Below are positions 18,496 to 28,710 of a DNA stretch of 39,670 nucleotides, in pieces. The position numbers and the translations under genes were made by a program. Source of the DNA: a virus (Duplodnaviria; Heunggongvirae; Uroviricota; Caudoviricetes); the IMG/VR virus record IMGVR_UViG_649989947_000012, positions 1 to 39,670 of that record. One strand, 5' to 3'. The notes beneath the pieces were generated by a model. That model was not told where the DNA came from. It ran no database searches and worked only from the letters and a program-made list of their open reading frames with translations. Numbering within the stretch: the stretch's first letter is position 1; each line of letters starts with the position of its first letter.

Positions 18496-20897
18496 TATTT
18501 AGCCCTCACCAGAAAGTTAAATGCAATATTTCGTGGACGGGTTTCTGTACCTACATGTCCACTAATTTCACCATAACGTTTAACACTACGAGAGCTAAGA
18601 GCTCGTAGTGAGGAAGGCACCCTAAGACCGGGTTCGTCCGTTTTAACTATTCCCCCGTCACCATATGTAGCCAGTATTCCTGGGTTTACTCCTTCCCGTG
18701 CACTTCCTGCAGCAAGCCCGTCCCCCGTCCACAATTCCATATTGTGTGCATGATCCATAATTGTGTGTGATTGCCCTGAAAGTAGGGTACGTCCGACATC
18801 AATCCCGCGCCCATCATCCCAGATACGAATGAAATCACCCCGTGCGTCAGGTAATGCTAGCGCCGGAAACACTTTCGCCAGCACAGGGTAATCAGTGGCA
18901 GAGAATTTCGCGCCGTTGAACTTCAAAAACACCATACTGGACCAACTGTCGATTACAGTATTTGGCATTGCGGCGGACGGCCAGAAGAACGGAACGCCAA
19001 TAGCTGGAGCACCTTCTCCCAAACCAAGGTAATCAAGAACTCCCTGAGTGCTGGTTTTACCAAGAATGGTACGTCCAACACTTGTCAACGCGGTTAACGC
19101 GGCACGATCTGCCCCTGTAAAATATGGGAGTTTATCTGCTGATGTAGCAAGCTCTGCCAGCGCCGTCAGGGTGGCATCCTTCGGTTGCTTACCCGCAAGC
19201 GCGTTAGTCATGGTGGTCGCAAAATTCGGGTCATTGCCCAGCGCTGCAGCCAGTTCGTTCAGCGTGTTCAGTGCATCAGGTGACGAATCTACAAGTGCGG
19301 CAATCGCAGCCATAACGAAAGCCGTGCTTGCGATCTGGGTACTATTAGTCCCCTGTGGCGCTGTTGGTGTTGTTGGCGTTCCGGTCAGTGCCGGGCTGTT
19401 TAATGGTGCTTTCTTGTTCGTTTCATCCATTACTGCCTTAACAGCGTTTGGTGTCGCTGCCAGCGTTTCAGACGTGCTGTTCGTGGCGCTACTGAGCTGA
19501 ACAATCCCTTTTTGTGTAGTGGTGGCGTTCTGGGCGGTATATTTCCCGTTAGCCAGGTCATATGCAGCCTTGACAGCTTTCGGTGTGGCGGCCAGCACTT
19601 CAGACGTGCTGTTAGTGGCACTACTGAGCTGAGTGATGCCTTTCGCTGTCAATGAAGCTGTTGGCACACCAGTGATCTGATTCCAGGGATGTGTATGACT
19701 GGATGGTGCCTTTCCGGCTGCTAGATCGTATGCAGCTTTAACCGCTTTTGGCGTTGCAGCTAATGTTTCAGAAGTGCTGTTGGTGTCGCTACTGAGCTGA
19801 ACTATCCCTTTTTGTGTCGTGGTTGCATCCTGGGCTGTATACTTCCCGTTAGCCAGGTCATATGCAGCCTTGACAGCTTTCGGTGTGGCGGCCAGCACTT
19901 CAGACGTGCTGTTAGTGGCACTACTGAGCTGAGTGATGCCTTTCGCTGTCAATGAAGCTGTTGGCACACCAGTGATCTGATTCCAGGGATGTGTATGACT
20001 GGATGGTGCCTTTCCGGCTGCTAGATCGTATGCAGCTTTAACCGCTTTTGGCGTTGCAGCTAATGTTTCAGAAGTGCTGTTGGTGTCGCTACTGAGCTGA
20101 ACTATCCCTTTTTGTGTCGTGGTTGCATCCTGGGCTGTATACTTCCCGTTAGCCAGGTCATATGCAGCCTTGACAGCTTTCGGTGTGGCGGCCAGCACTT
20201 CGGACGTACTGTTAGTGGCACTACTGAGCTGAACTAATCCCTTTTGCGTTGTGCTTGCATCCTGCGCCGTATACTTGCTTTTCGCCAGATCGTAGGCTTT
20301 TTTAACTGCCAGCGAACTCGCAGCAACATCACTTCTGGTACTGGTTACAGAGTCTGAAATATCAATGCCGATCGTGCGGTTGATACGCTCGGATGTATCA
20401 ATCATCTCTTGAGTAATGGTAGATACGCCAGCAGGGATATTCACCGTACAAACCAGCAGTTCCCCATCACCTAACTGATATGAATCGGTATAGGTTCTGG
20501 CAACAAATTCAGCTGCATGAATATGTGACGCGGTATTCACCTGATAGGTATCTTCTCCAAGAAGGTATCTTCCCTTCAGCACAATTGCATATTTCTTGCC
20601 TGCGTTAAGTGCAAGAGAGATATCCTTACGATGCTGAATAGTTACCTGGTAGAATTCACCAATATCCACTGACGCCGCGCCAGCGGTTTTATCTCCATCC
20701 ACTGAGGTGATTAACAGGTTCATCCCACCGCCAGGCTTAGGCAAGAAACCAGCATAAAATCCCGGGTCAACAATTCCCCTGAATTTTCGGTTTAGAGCGG
20801 CTGACAGATATGGTTCGTGGTATTGCACATCAGCCACCAGAGCCAACGACTCGGGTGATGGGTAAGTAACCGATGTAACAACTGTAACGTCATTCAT
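18495..20897 (-). CDS. tail-fibre protein (about 800 aa) with internal 100-aa tandem repeats
   Basis: Start chosen at the internal Met (MNDVTVVTSV) just after the upstream gene; repeated ATNSTSEVLAATPKAVKAAYDLANGKYTAQD units; crossover site at 19014-19039 splits constant and variable parts. Confidence 0.8.
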   Translation of the reverse strand: MNDVTVVTSVTYPSPESLALVADVQYHEPYLSAALNRKFRGIVDPGFYAGFLPKPGGGMNLLITSVDGDKTAGAASVDIGEFYQVTIQHRKDISLALNAGKKYAIVLKGRYLLGEDTYQVNTASHIHAAEFVARTYTDSYQLGDGELLVCTVNIPAGVSTITQEMIDTSERINRTIGIDISDSVTSTRSDVAASSLAVKKAYDLAKSKYTAQDASTTQKGLVQLSSATNSTSEVLAATPKAVKAAYDLANGKYTAQDATTTQKGIVQLSSDTNSTSETLAATPKAVKAAYDLAAGKAPSSHTHPWNQITGVPTASLTAKGITQLSSATNSTSEVLAATPKAVKAAYDLANGKYTAQDATTTQKGIVQLSSDTNSTSETLAATPKAVKAAYDLAAGKAPSSHTHPWNQITGVPTASLTAKGITQLSSATNSTSEVLAATPKAVKAAYDLANGKYTAQNATTTQKGIVQLSSATNSTSETLAATPNAVKAVMDETNKKAPLNSPALTGTPTTPTAPQGTNSTQIASTAFVMAAIAALVDSSPDALNTLNELAAALGNDPNFATTMTNALAGKQPKDATLTALAELATSADKLPYFTGADRAALTALTSVGRTILGKTSTQGVLDYLGLGEGAPAIGVPFFWPSAAMPNTVIDSWSSMVFLKFNGAKFSATDYPVLAKVFPALALPDARGDFIRIWDDGRGIDVGRTLLSGQSHTIMDHAHNMELWTGDGLAAGSAREGVNPGILATYGDGGIVKTDEPGLRVPSSLRALSSRSVKRYGEISGHVGTETRPRNIAFNFLVRAK
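19014..19039. other. cix/gix/hix-like 26-bp inversion crossover site inside the fibre gene
   Basis: TTCTCCCAAACC-AA-GGTAATCAAGAA, close to the hix/gix pattern TTCTnnnAAACC-nn-GGTTTnnnAGAA (from memory). Confidence 0.55.
19490..20240. repeat. direct tandem repeats of about 300 bp, roughly 2.5 copies, within the fibre gene
   Basis: Sequence from about 19501 to 19800 is repeated nearly identically at 19801-20100 and again from 20101. Confidence 0.8.
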
Positions 20898-20908
20898 CAA
20901 GCATATCC

Positions 20909-21343
20909 TTATGCTGTAGTCGAGTTTATGGCCATAACTGCGGTATATGTTTTGCCCACATACAGCGAGTCTTCCTGGACACAAATAATGGCGATTGGCT
21001 TATTCTCGTTATCCAGAACAACCAGAGTGTTGAATGGGTAGTTTTTCCCTTCCTGCAACTGACTTTGATCAAGGTCCATTCGGACAGTAATTATCCCGCC
21101 TGAGTAGGTTGGGACGAGGTTGATGGTGCAAAATTGACTGGTCAGTTCTGCCAGATCGAAAGCCTTTGGCAGTTCTCCAATCTCATAAGTGCCATCTCCT
21201 TTCTTAGTAACCAGTGAACTGGTACCGAAAACGGCCTTGCTGATTAAAAATCGAGAGCCTTTGTTAATGGACGATTCAGCGCGCCGCTGATAGTAATAGT
21301 CCAACAACTGACTCTTATAGAGGTTTGTTGAGACGTCAGACAT
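20909..21343 (-). CDS. tail-fibre-associated structural protein (144 aa)
   Basis: Position between baseplate genes and the fibre gene; no specific motif recognised. Confidence 0.35.
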   Translation of the reverse strand: MSDVSTNLYKSQLLDYYYQRRAESSINKGSRFLISKAVFGTSSLVTKKGDGTYEIGELPKAFDLAELTSQFCTINLVPTYSGGIITVRMDLDQSQLQEGKNYPFNTLVVLDNENKPIAIICVQEDSLYVGKTYTAVMAINSTTA

Positions 21344-21421
21344 GATTTTCCCTAATCAATGTTGTGAAGCCTCATTGTAAGATAAGTAACTTGTCACCCC
21401 GCCCTGCGGACGGGGTGATTG

Positions 21422-22261
21422 TCACGCATCGCTATCCAACAGCAAATCATCTGCGCGGGTGCGATCAAACGTAGGCGTTGCTTTCACAATAGTGCCGCCC
21501 GGCGTTGCAGTGATCGGGGCGTTAATCGACGTAACTTCAGTAAGCGAAGTTGTATCCGAAGTTTCAAACCAGCAGAATGCTTTTTCGGTATCAGAAATCT
21601 CATTCAAAGTGATCATGTCGGCCTGTTCATTTACAACAACCGACAAATAGAGCGTAAGCCCATCAAACACTATATGCAGTGGCAGTAGAGGCTTTACGAA
21701 CTGATTAAACTTTCTGAGAATTTCTTCTGTAATTGCGGACTGATCTATCGTTCCAGTAATACCCATTGTCCGGGCCAGGTCGTTTATGGGAATACTGATC
21801 ATTCCTCTGGAAGTCAGAAACATCTCGCCGAATGTGCCGCCGGTGGTTTCCAGTGTGCTTTCTGGAATCAGGACCGTGCCATAGGGATGACGTTCAAAGT
21901 CCACCGGAGCATATATTGGATCCCATAAAACCGATATACCGTTAAATTCGCGATAAATTGTCTGGTTTATAGGGCGTTCAGTACCCTTAAAATGGATCTC
22001 ATCAAACCGCTGTTGTAACAACATCGGAACGGAAGATGAATTCGACGTTCTGATAGTAAAAAACTGGCCAAGTTCATTTGTCCTAGTCTCCAGATCCTCC
22101 TTGCTCATGGAGAAAATAGACTTCCGGTTGGTAATTCGCTCCAACCATGGGTCAACAAAGGTGTCCATCATTGACTGAACCAAATCAGCCAATGATTTAT
22201 AAAGTAATGACTTTTGCTTAGCTGATGTAAGCCGGTTATTAAACCAGGAACGCTGCATCAC
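21422..22261 (-). CDS. baseplate or tail structural protein (279 aa)
   Basis: Position within the baseplate module; start overlaps the upstream stop. Confidence 0.35.
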   Translation of the reverse strand: MMQRSWFNNRLTSAKQKSLLYKSLADLVQSMMDTFVDPWLERITNRKSIFSMSKEDLETRTNELGQFFTIRTSNSSSVPMLLQQRFDEIHFKGTERPINQTIYREFNGISVLWDPIYAPVDFERHPYGTVLIPESTLETTGGTFGEMFLTSRGMISIPINDLARTMGITGTIDQSAITEEILRKFNQFVKPLLPLHIVFDGLTLYLSVVVNEQADMITLNEISDTEKAFCWFETSDTTSLTEVTSINAPITATPGGTIVKATPTFDRTRADDLLLDSDA

Positions 22262-23691
22262 TCCTCCTCATACGAAATATTAAAGGTGGAGTTTTCTGTA
22301 TCCAGATAAACGAAATCGTAAAAGCCGTTGGACTCATTCCACTCGACAAATTCCAGATAAAAGTCGCGGAAATAACCCAGCGTTTCGATAAATGCCCAAA
22401 CGTCTTTTTTCTTGATTAGGATGTACTTGCCGACACGGTTCGGATCAAAGAAAGTTGAGTCACGCCCAAATTTTGTTTCCAGTGCCGACTTCAGCTCATC
22501 AGTCACGTTCTCAATGGTCAGGCTTGCCGATATCCGCCCAGTGATAGTGATCTTAAAGGGGAGTTTTCTGACCTCTTTATACGAGAATTTCTTGTTCAAC
22601 TCATTCGGCACCTTCTTAAAGGCAGCCAGGATCACTTCTTCAAGCTCTGACTGGCTTTTGTTTGGATGCCATCCTGAAATAAATATCTTATTGATATTCC
22701 GAACATTATAAGCACCATCTAATTTCTCTTGCTGGCCTTCGCCCCATGCCTTTACCCAGGACAGTCCCGGGATGTTACGCACCAAAAAATACGTATAGTC
22801 CCCGCCCCATACGACCTGATCATCATAGGCAAGGTAATATTGTGCACGATTACGTGTGATCTCCGTTGTTTCGGCATCGGTACCTGCGGTTATAGGTGTC
22901 GTTGTCTTAACTGAAATCAAATTAGCTAAATTAGCCGCAGAATCGACAGGCGTCAGGTTTTGGCCAGCAACCAGGGTTATATCTCCGTTGGTGCACCATA
23001 CCTTAAGTGTAATGGTCGAGCCTTCTGGCGGTATTTGCCCAATTAGCCCATCACCGAATCGAACCCCCAACTGCTCGGATGGCTTATAAAACTCAACGTA
23101 GACCTGGCTTTTACTACCGGCTAACCGGAACATAGTGCTGGAAGACCACTGCGTGGTCTTACCATCGGTCGTCACGAATACTTCCAGCTTATAGCAGACA
23201 GCAGTGAGAGCCTTTGATAACACGACTTCCAGAAATTCTTTGGCTGCCGTAACGGTATATGTCACCTCCTGGATTTCCAACTGTGCCACTTCTACCGTAC
23301 CGGTGCCGTCAACCAACCTGCATACATCCATAGTCATGTAAGGGTACTGGTCGTCAGATATTAAAGGCATATTTTTGGGGATTACCGCTGGGGCATCTTC
23401 ACTTGTGGCGGTGATCTCAATCATCCCCGATGACGGTGTTGGCTTGGTACCAACGTAACTATTCGTTTCTGCCGCTGCCAGGATAGAGGAACGCCGCGTC
23501 GCGGTCGATATAAAGCCTTCAGCCAGCGCCGCATCGGCATACTGAAAGCACCTGTAGACAATCTGGGTAATAAACAATGTCAGCATCGAGACAAATTGAG
23601 AGCCGACAAACTTCGACCAGAATGAATCTTTCTCGACAAGCTCTTCAAACTCTGCACGAATACTGTCTTTAGTCGGTGTTGTTTTACTCAT
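22258..23691 (-). CDS. baseplate protein, J-like by position (477 aa)
   Basis: Follows a gp25/W-like gene with overlapping start and stop, as in contractile-tail baseplate modules. Confidence 0.4.
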   Translation of the reverse strand: MSKTTPTKDSIRAEFEELVEKDSFWSKFVGSQFVSMLTLFITQIVYRCFQYADAALAEGFISTATRRSSILAAAETNSYVGTKPTPSSGMIEITATSEDAPAVIPKNMPLISDDQYPYMTMDVCRLVDGTGTVEVAQLEIQEVTYTVTAAKEFLEVVLSKALTAVCYKLEVFVTTDGKTTQWSSSTMFRLAGSKSQVYVEFYKPSEQLGVRFGDGLIGQIPPEGSTITLKVWCTNGDITLVAGQNLTPVDSAANLANLISVKTTTPITAGTDAETTEITRNRAQYYLAYDDQVVWGGDYTYFLVRNIPGLSWVKAWGEGQQEKLDGAYNVRNINKIFISGWHPNKSQSELEEVILAAFKKVPNELNKKFSYKEVRKLPFKITITGRISASLTIENVTDELKSALETKFGRDSTFFDPNRVGKYILIKKKDVWAFIETLGYFRDFYLEFVEWNESNGFYDFVYLDTENSTFNISYEEE

Positions 23692-24047
23692 AGCACCACG
23701 TCCTGTGTGATAGTTATATCCCTGATACGAATGGATATTTTCAACTTATCAAAAGCATCTCCCTCGGCTACTGACAAGCCAGAAATCGGTATGTCAGGTA
23801 AATCTACCGTCAGTTTTTGCAACAGCATTGCCTCAACCGCAATTTGAACATGCGACAAGTTGGTCGGTTCGTGTTTAAACAGCGGTAAAACATTGCCCCA
23901 TGACGGATCTCCGTATACCTCACCCTGATAAGTGTTTAGCCACTCATATAAACGAGCGCCCCAGGCCTCCTCCTGGGACTCATACGTTTTTACGCCGGAT
24001 AACTCCAGCGTCAGCAAAGGATCAATTTCGTTATTGTTGGCCATCAA
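23688..24047 (-). CDS. baseplate wedge protein, gp25/W-like (119 aa)
   Basis: Size and position immediately after the tape measure gene; GEVYGDPSWGNVL resembles the conserved gp25-family loop. Confidence 0.4.
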   Translation of the reverse strand: MMANNNEIDPLLTLELSGVKTYESQEEAWGARLYEWLNTYQGEVYGDPSWGNVLPLFKHEPTNLSHVQIAVEAMLLQKLTVDLPDIPISGLSVAEGDAFDKLKISIRIRDITITQDVVL

Positions 24048-27000
24048 TCAACTCTCGCGTAGTCATTCATCAACGGATCATCAATTGACAGTGGTACCGT
24101 GCGCATAACGCCCGGCTGAGGCGTGCTGACCTTTACGACAGTTCCCTGGCCTTTCGCCGAGTCTTTGGTGTGCTCTTCAATCCTGGCAAGCAATGAGGTC
24201 ATCTGCGCAAACAGCCGCTTCGTTTCACCATCAAGTGAAACGGTATTATCAGCCAACTGCATTGTCGGCTTGGCACCGGAACCGCCAAGGTCACTAATAA
24301 CCTGCCCGTCTATCTGCATACGACCGGTTGGTTGCTGCAAATCGTTGGCGGCAGTCGTCACCTGGGACGTGGAGGCTGGTTCAGGCGCATTATTTTTCCG
24401 CATCCCCGGCGAGTTGCGGAGTTTATCGAATAGTCCATCAATCCCCATTTGTGCGCCGAGATGGTCAAAGTAACTTGAGTTGTTGGCCACCGGACGCGCC
24501 TCTTCAACTGGCATCGGAGTATCAACATACACATTGCCAGCTGCTGTTGCGGTCCCCTTCTCTCGTGCACGTTCTTCTAGCGTTCCCTGAACGACTTCCC
24601 GACGCATCCCCCGGCCATTCATGAATTTGTTGACCAGATCGTTAACGCCAACAGCATTGCCGATTTTGTCGACCAGACCGCCTTTCTCAAACGGGCTATC
24701 ACCAGGGGTAAACGCCAGGCCAGTATACTGATCGATAACAGCGTTATCAGGCAGTGGTCCCCTCACTCCATATTGCGCCCCACCCTGTGCTCCTGCTCCA
24801 GGTGTATAGATTTCACCACCTAAATAGCGAGCACGATGAGTATTGACCTTGATCGCGTACTCACGGTTTTCTTTCGATAAGTCACCGGTGCCTTTTTTCC
24901 ACTTATTAATAGTGCCAAACCCAGCATTATATGCAGTGATGGCCTCGTTTAAGTCTCCATTGGCTTGCTTAAGATACTTGCTCATGAGAAGAGCCGCAGC
25001 TTCTGCCGATTTCACAGGATCAAACGATTCACCTTCAGCTAAGCCAGTCTCTTCACGAGCAATCCCCGTGAACTGAAACATCCCCAGAGCACCGGTTTGG
25101 GATTTTGCATACGGATTACCACCAGATTCAGTTGCAGCAATCGCGTAAAGAGTGCCTTCTGGAAGACCGTATTTATTCTCTAGTTCGGCAAAATACGGAG
25201 CCAACTTATCGAGATTTGCCTTACCTTCAGCGCCAAGACTTCCGACTTTTACATCTAAGTTGCCATTGTTGTAAGTATCCGCAGCTTTCTGAATGTCATT
25301 CCTGGTGCCAGTGGTATTAAGCGACGATGATGACGAGCTATTTTGACCAATAGCTTTATCAATTTTCTGCAACGCGCTATTGCCCGTTTCTACGGCATTT
25401 GCATTGATAATCTGATTGGCAGTTTGTTTAACTGTTTTATTGCTATCTTTCGCTGTGTCCAGTGCCGCATTTATCACGCGGGTAGCAATATTACTCTGTT
25501 TGGCATCGGATTCAGTTTTAGAATCAGACGTCTCCTGGTGGCTATTAACCGGAGCTTTTAACTCCGGAGTGATTTCTTTCGCATTAGCCTCGCCGATCGG
25601 ATTGGGTATTTTTGATACAATCATTGCCGCAGGGGTATTTTTAACGGCATCAACCGCTGCATCTAATGCTTTACCAGGTAAATTTTTAACCCCATCCCAA
25701 ATATTACCAGCCGCCTCTTTAATGTGTTTCCCTGGGTTCTTAATGAAATCAATTGCACTATCAATTGCATCACTGAAAACCTGTTTCAGGTTATCAACAG
25801 TAAAGAAGTCTTTGATGGCATCCAGCTTTTCAAGCAGCTTATTAGATGTATCGCTAAACCATGCTGAAACAGCATCACCAATCTTTGCTGTGTAATCTTC
25901 GAACTTGGTAGAAATGGTGTCGCCAAGGTTAGAAATATATGTTTCTAAGTTGGTAATCCCACTATCAATGGCCTGGGCAATACTTTCCGTCGAAAATGAT
26001 TGCAACATATTGCCGATATCCTCAAATCCAAGTGATTTGAGAACCTCACCAATGGCGCTGCTAATACCAGATACCAGTCCCCCCATATCAAGAACATTGG
26101 CTAACGTATAAGCGGCTTTTTGCTGGAATGATGGCTCTTGTCCTGATTTAAGCCCAAACGCTCGACGTTGCGCTTCTGTATCATTCCAACCGGTTACCGC
26201 ATCATAAATACCTCCAGCCACTGTGCCGACTAAGGGAATTGCGCGTAACGCCCCTTTACCAACTGCCTTTAATCCAAATTTACCTGCTGCCCGGGCAGCC
26301 AAATCTCCACCTTCATGGGCGATAGTCTTCTTGCCACCACCGCGTAGCATTCCTACAAGTTTCTTTGCCCCCAGAGCGCCAAAAGCGAGTGCTCCAGCTT
26401 TTTTCAGCATGCCACGCCCCATTAACAACGACGCGACGCCACCGGCCCCCTTCCCTAACAGGCTAAATAGTTTGGACAGCAAGCCGCCCTTCTTTTTCCC
26501 GGTGTTTTTGGCTATCTGATCAAGGGCGCTGAGAATCTTGTCATTGCCCTCTTTAATTTCGCTGGTCTGCTCCTGAAGTTCCTGAACCGTCCGTTTTTGG
26601 GTGTTAACCTGAACGACATCGGCACTATTTTGCGATTTACGCCTAAAAAAACCTTTTCTACGGCTGTTATCGTCATTGCCACGAATCACATCGGCAATAG
26701 ACTTTCTGGCGCCATTAAGCGATCCACCAACTTCTTTTGATATCCCGCCAAGCTCCTTCCCTGCTGCCCACAATGGACCAGCAACGGCATAACCTAACGC
26801 ATCGACGGCACGAGTCTCTGAAGGGTTACCTATGCCTTCAGCTACTTTTGACAGTTTTTTTAATAAACCTGATTCAGCATTTAGACGCTCATCATCCTCT
26901 TTGCGCCTGGCCTTTTCAGCACGTTCAGCACGGGCATCTTCCGCTGCGGCCTTACTCCCTGACTTTCCAATAAAACGACCACGCGCATCGCGTTGGTTTT

Positions 27001-27733
27001 GGCTTTTTTGCGCACCGCCTTTTTGATCGAACATTTCGCGAGCGTGTTCGGCTGCTTCGGTCCGTTGTGCCTTTATATCCTCTGATATAGCCTTCCTGCG
27101 TCTTTTTTTACCCTTTGGTGTAGTTGATTTGGCCTGCTGTTCCTGTTGAGCAATGCCCTCCTGAACTACACGAGAAACGTCCCCTAAATTAAGCCGTTTC
27201 ATTGCGTCAACAATAGGGTCTACTGATGGCGCATTGGCCACAAAGTCTGGCCGGGAATTTTCGATTGTTCGATTTAATGCCGACACACTGCGAGATACTG
27301 GGTCAACCGTTGCAACGCGTTCCCCTTTCAAATCACGAGCGAGTTTGACCGTTTCTAACCGCTGTGCTTTAACATCCTCTGTTATTGCCTCTCTTCGTCT
27401 ATTTGGGGGATTGTGCGCTGTTGGTGCAGCCTGCTGTTCACGGTTAGTGACTTTGTCCTCCCGTATACGAGAAACGTCCCCTAAATTAAGCCGTTTCATT
27501 GCGTCAACAATAGAGTCCACTGATGGCACATTGGTCACAAAGTCAGGACGTGAATTTTCGATTGTGCGATTTAATGCCGACACACTGCGAGAGACAGGAT
27601 CAACAGTTGCAACTCGTTCCCCTTTCAAATCTTCAACAGCTTCCCGAATACCTGCAAGCTCTTCCAGCTCTTTCGCGCTGGCGGTTTCAACTGTCCTTAT
27701 AACATCGTCAATATTGGCGTTTTTTCTTTCCAT
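24044..27733 (-). CDS. sit: tail tape measure / injection protein with lytic transglycosylase domain (Sit-like, 1229 aa)
   Basis: Soluble lytic transglycosylase motif (ESGGNPYAKSQTGALGMFQF…AYNAG), Gly-rich transmembrane-like middle region, coiled-coil N-terminus with an internal duplication. Confidence 0.8.
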   Translation of the reverse strand: MERKNANIDDVIRTVETASAKELEELAGIREAVEDLKGERVATVDPVSRSVSALNRTIENSRPDFVTNVPSVDSIVDAMKRLNLGDVSRIREDKVTNREQQAAPTAHNPPNRRREAITEDVKAQRLETVKLARDLKGERVATVDPVSRSVSALNRTIENSRPDFVANAPSVDPIVDAMKRLNLGDVSRVVQEGIAQQEQQAKSTTPKGKKRRRKAISEDIKAQRTEAAEHAREMFDQKGGAQKSQNQRDARGRFIGKSGSKAAAEDARAERAEKARRKEDDERLNAESGLLKKLSKVAEGIGNPSETRAVDALGYAVAGPLWAAGKELGGISKEVGGSLNGARKSIADVIRGNDDNSRRKGFFRRKSQNSADVVQVNTQKRTVQELQEQTSEIKEGNDKILSALDQIAKNTGKKKGGLLSKLFSLLGKGAGGVASLLMGRGMLKKAGALAFGALGAKKLVGMLRGGGKKTIAHEGGDLAARAAGKFGLKAVGKGALRAIPLVGTVAGGIYDAVTGWNDTEAQRRAFGLKSGQEPSFQQKAAYTLANVLDMGGLVSGISSAIGEVLKSLGFEDIGNMLQSFSTESIAQAIDSGITNLETYISNLGDTISTKFEDYTAKIGDAVSAWFSDTSNKLLEKLDAIKDFFTVDNLKQVFSDAIDSAIDFIKNPGKHIKEAAGNIWDGVKNLPGKALDAAVDAVKNTPAAMIVSKIPNPIGEANAKEITPELKAPVNSHQETSDSKTESDAKQSNIATRVINAALDTAKDSNKTVKQTANQIINANAVETGNSALQKIDKAIGQNSSSSSSLNTTGTRNDIQKAADTYNNGNLDVKVGSLGAEGKANLDKLAPYFAELENKYGLPEGTLYAIAATESGGNPYAKSQTGALGMFQFTGIAREETGLAEGESFDPVKSAEAAALLMSKYLKQANGDLNEAITAYNAGFGTINKWKKGTGDLSKENREYAIKVNTHRARYLGGEIYTPGAGAQGGAQYGVRGPLPDNAVIDQYTGLAFTPGDSPFEKGGLVDKIGNAVGVNDLVNKFMNGRGMRREVVQGTLEERAREKGTATAAGNVYVDTPMPVEEARPVANNSSYFDHLGAQMGIDGLFDKLRNSPGMRKNNAPEPASTSQVTTAANDLQQPTGRMQIDGQVISDLGGSGAKPTMQLADNTVSLDGETKRLFAQMTSLLARIEEHTKDSAKGQGTVVKVSTPQPGVMRTVPLSIDDPLMNDYARVD

Positions 27734-27814
27734 GATCTTATCGCCTACCGTTTCGGTTTAAGTTTTTCTTCCAGTTTCTCCAACAGGAAAAACGCATAGG
27801 ATTCAGTAAGCCTT

Positions 27815-28696
27815 TCAGCGTCCTGAATCGGTATACCCCCATACAAAACCAGGTTGGACACTAAGGTCTGATAGCTTTTCAATCCCCACCTGTGGAATGA
27901 AGTCGGTAGCCCGAAAGGGCACCCACAGACGGGTATACGCACCCTCTGTGGACTCCTTTGTATCCTGGTTTGGGCATTTGTGCGGCGGGAGACGAAGACG
28001 CATTTCGCCTTTATCGATGTAGCACGGTAAACCATGTTCGAGCTTTTCATGAGCCAGCCGGATGTGTGCCGCCAGCTTCATAAATTCAGTATCAATGGCC
28101 ATCCGTTTGATCGTTTCATAACGACGCTCAGCCTGCTCTTCACGAGTACCGCTAACATCGTTATAAAGTTCACACTGATAAGCGAATTCCCAAAAACGCA
28201 AATCAACGATCGCTTCTTTGAATTCCGCGTCGTCTTCAGGTGGCAATGCTGCTCGGCGCATCTCCAGCATTTCCATTGCCCAACCATCAAGCGGCACGAT
28301 ACGCCATTGATAAGGCACGCCCTCTACAGACACCTCAATATCGTCAATGAACGGTTCCACTTCCAGGACCTGGATATCTTCAGCCAGAGCATTCATATCG
28401 CAATCGTAATAATGCTCTTTACCGCAATGTTTACAGGTGTAGGTAAATGTCTCGATCGGTGTTTCGCGGGAGCCAGTAAATATCCACCATAACGCGGTAA
28501 TCCGGTCCTGTGCCGTCCATTTCAGTGGATCATGTTTCGCAGCTTCAGCCAGCAAGGCTTTTAAATACGCTGTTGTCTGCTGTTCTTGTTCCTCCGGTGT
28601 TATCGAGTTGAAACGCATCGCATCAGCAATATTTGGCTGACGGAACTGGATTAATTCAGTTGGCCGCGATGGTAGCGGGAAAAGGGGTAAAAGCAT
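27815..28696 (-). CDS. tail morphogenesis protein upstream of the tape measure (293 aa)
   Basis: Position between tube-like and tape-measure genes; Cys cluster CKHCGKEHYYDCD. Confidence 0.35.
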   Translation of the reverse strand: MLLPLFPLPSRPTELIQFRQPNIADAMRFNSITPEEQEQQTTAYLKALLAEAAKHDPLKWTAQDRITALWWIFTGSRETPIETFTYTCKHCGKEHYYDCDMNALAEDIQVLEVEPFIDDIEVSVEGVPYQWRIVPLDGWAMEMLEMRRAALPPEDDAEFKEAIVDLRFWEFAYQCELYNDVSGTREEQAERRYETIKRMAIDTEFMKLAAHIRLAHEKLEHGLPCYIDKGEMRLRLPPHKCPNQDTKESTEGAYTRLWVPFRATDFIPQVGIEKLSDLSVQPGFVWGYTDSGR

Positions 28697-28710
28697 CCTT
28701 GCTCCTTAAT

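Noticed and set aside
19048-19500. Ala/Ser-rich plus-strand ORF inside the tail-fibre gene
   Set aside because: Low-complexity antisense frame of the repeat-rich fibre gene.
19490-20240. Possible CRISPR array suggested by the tandem repeats
   Set aside because: Units are about 300 bp, lie inside an open reading frame and encode protein repeats; no short repeat-spacer structure.
24123-27761. Multiple plus-strand ORFs inside the tape measure gene
   Set aside because: Low-complexity antisense frames of a 3.7-kb gene.
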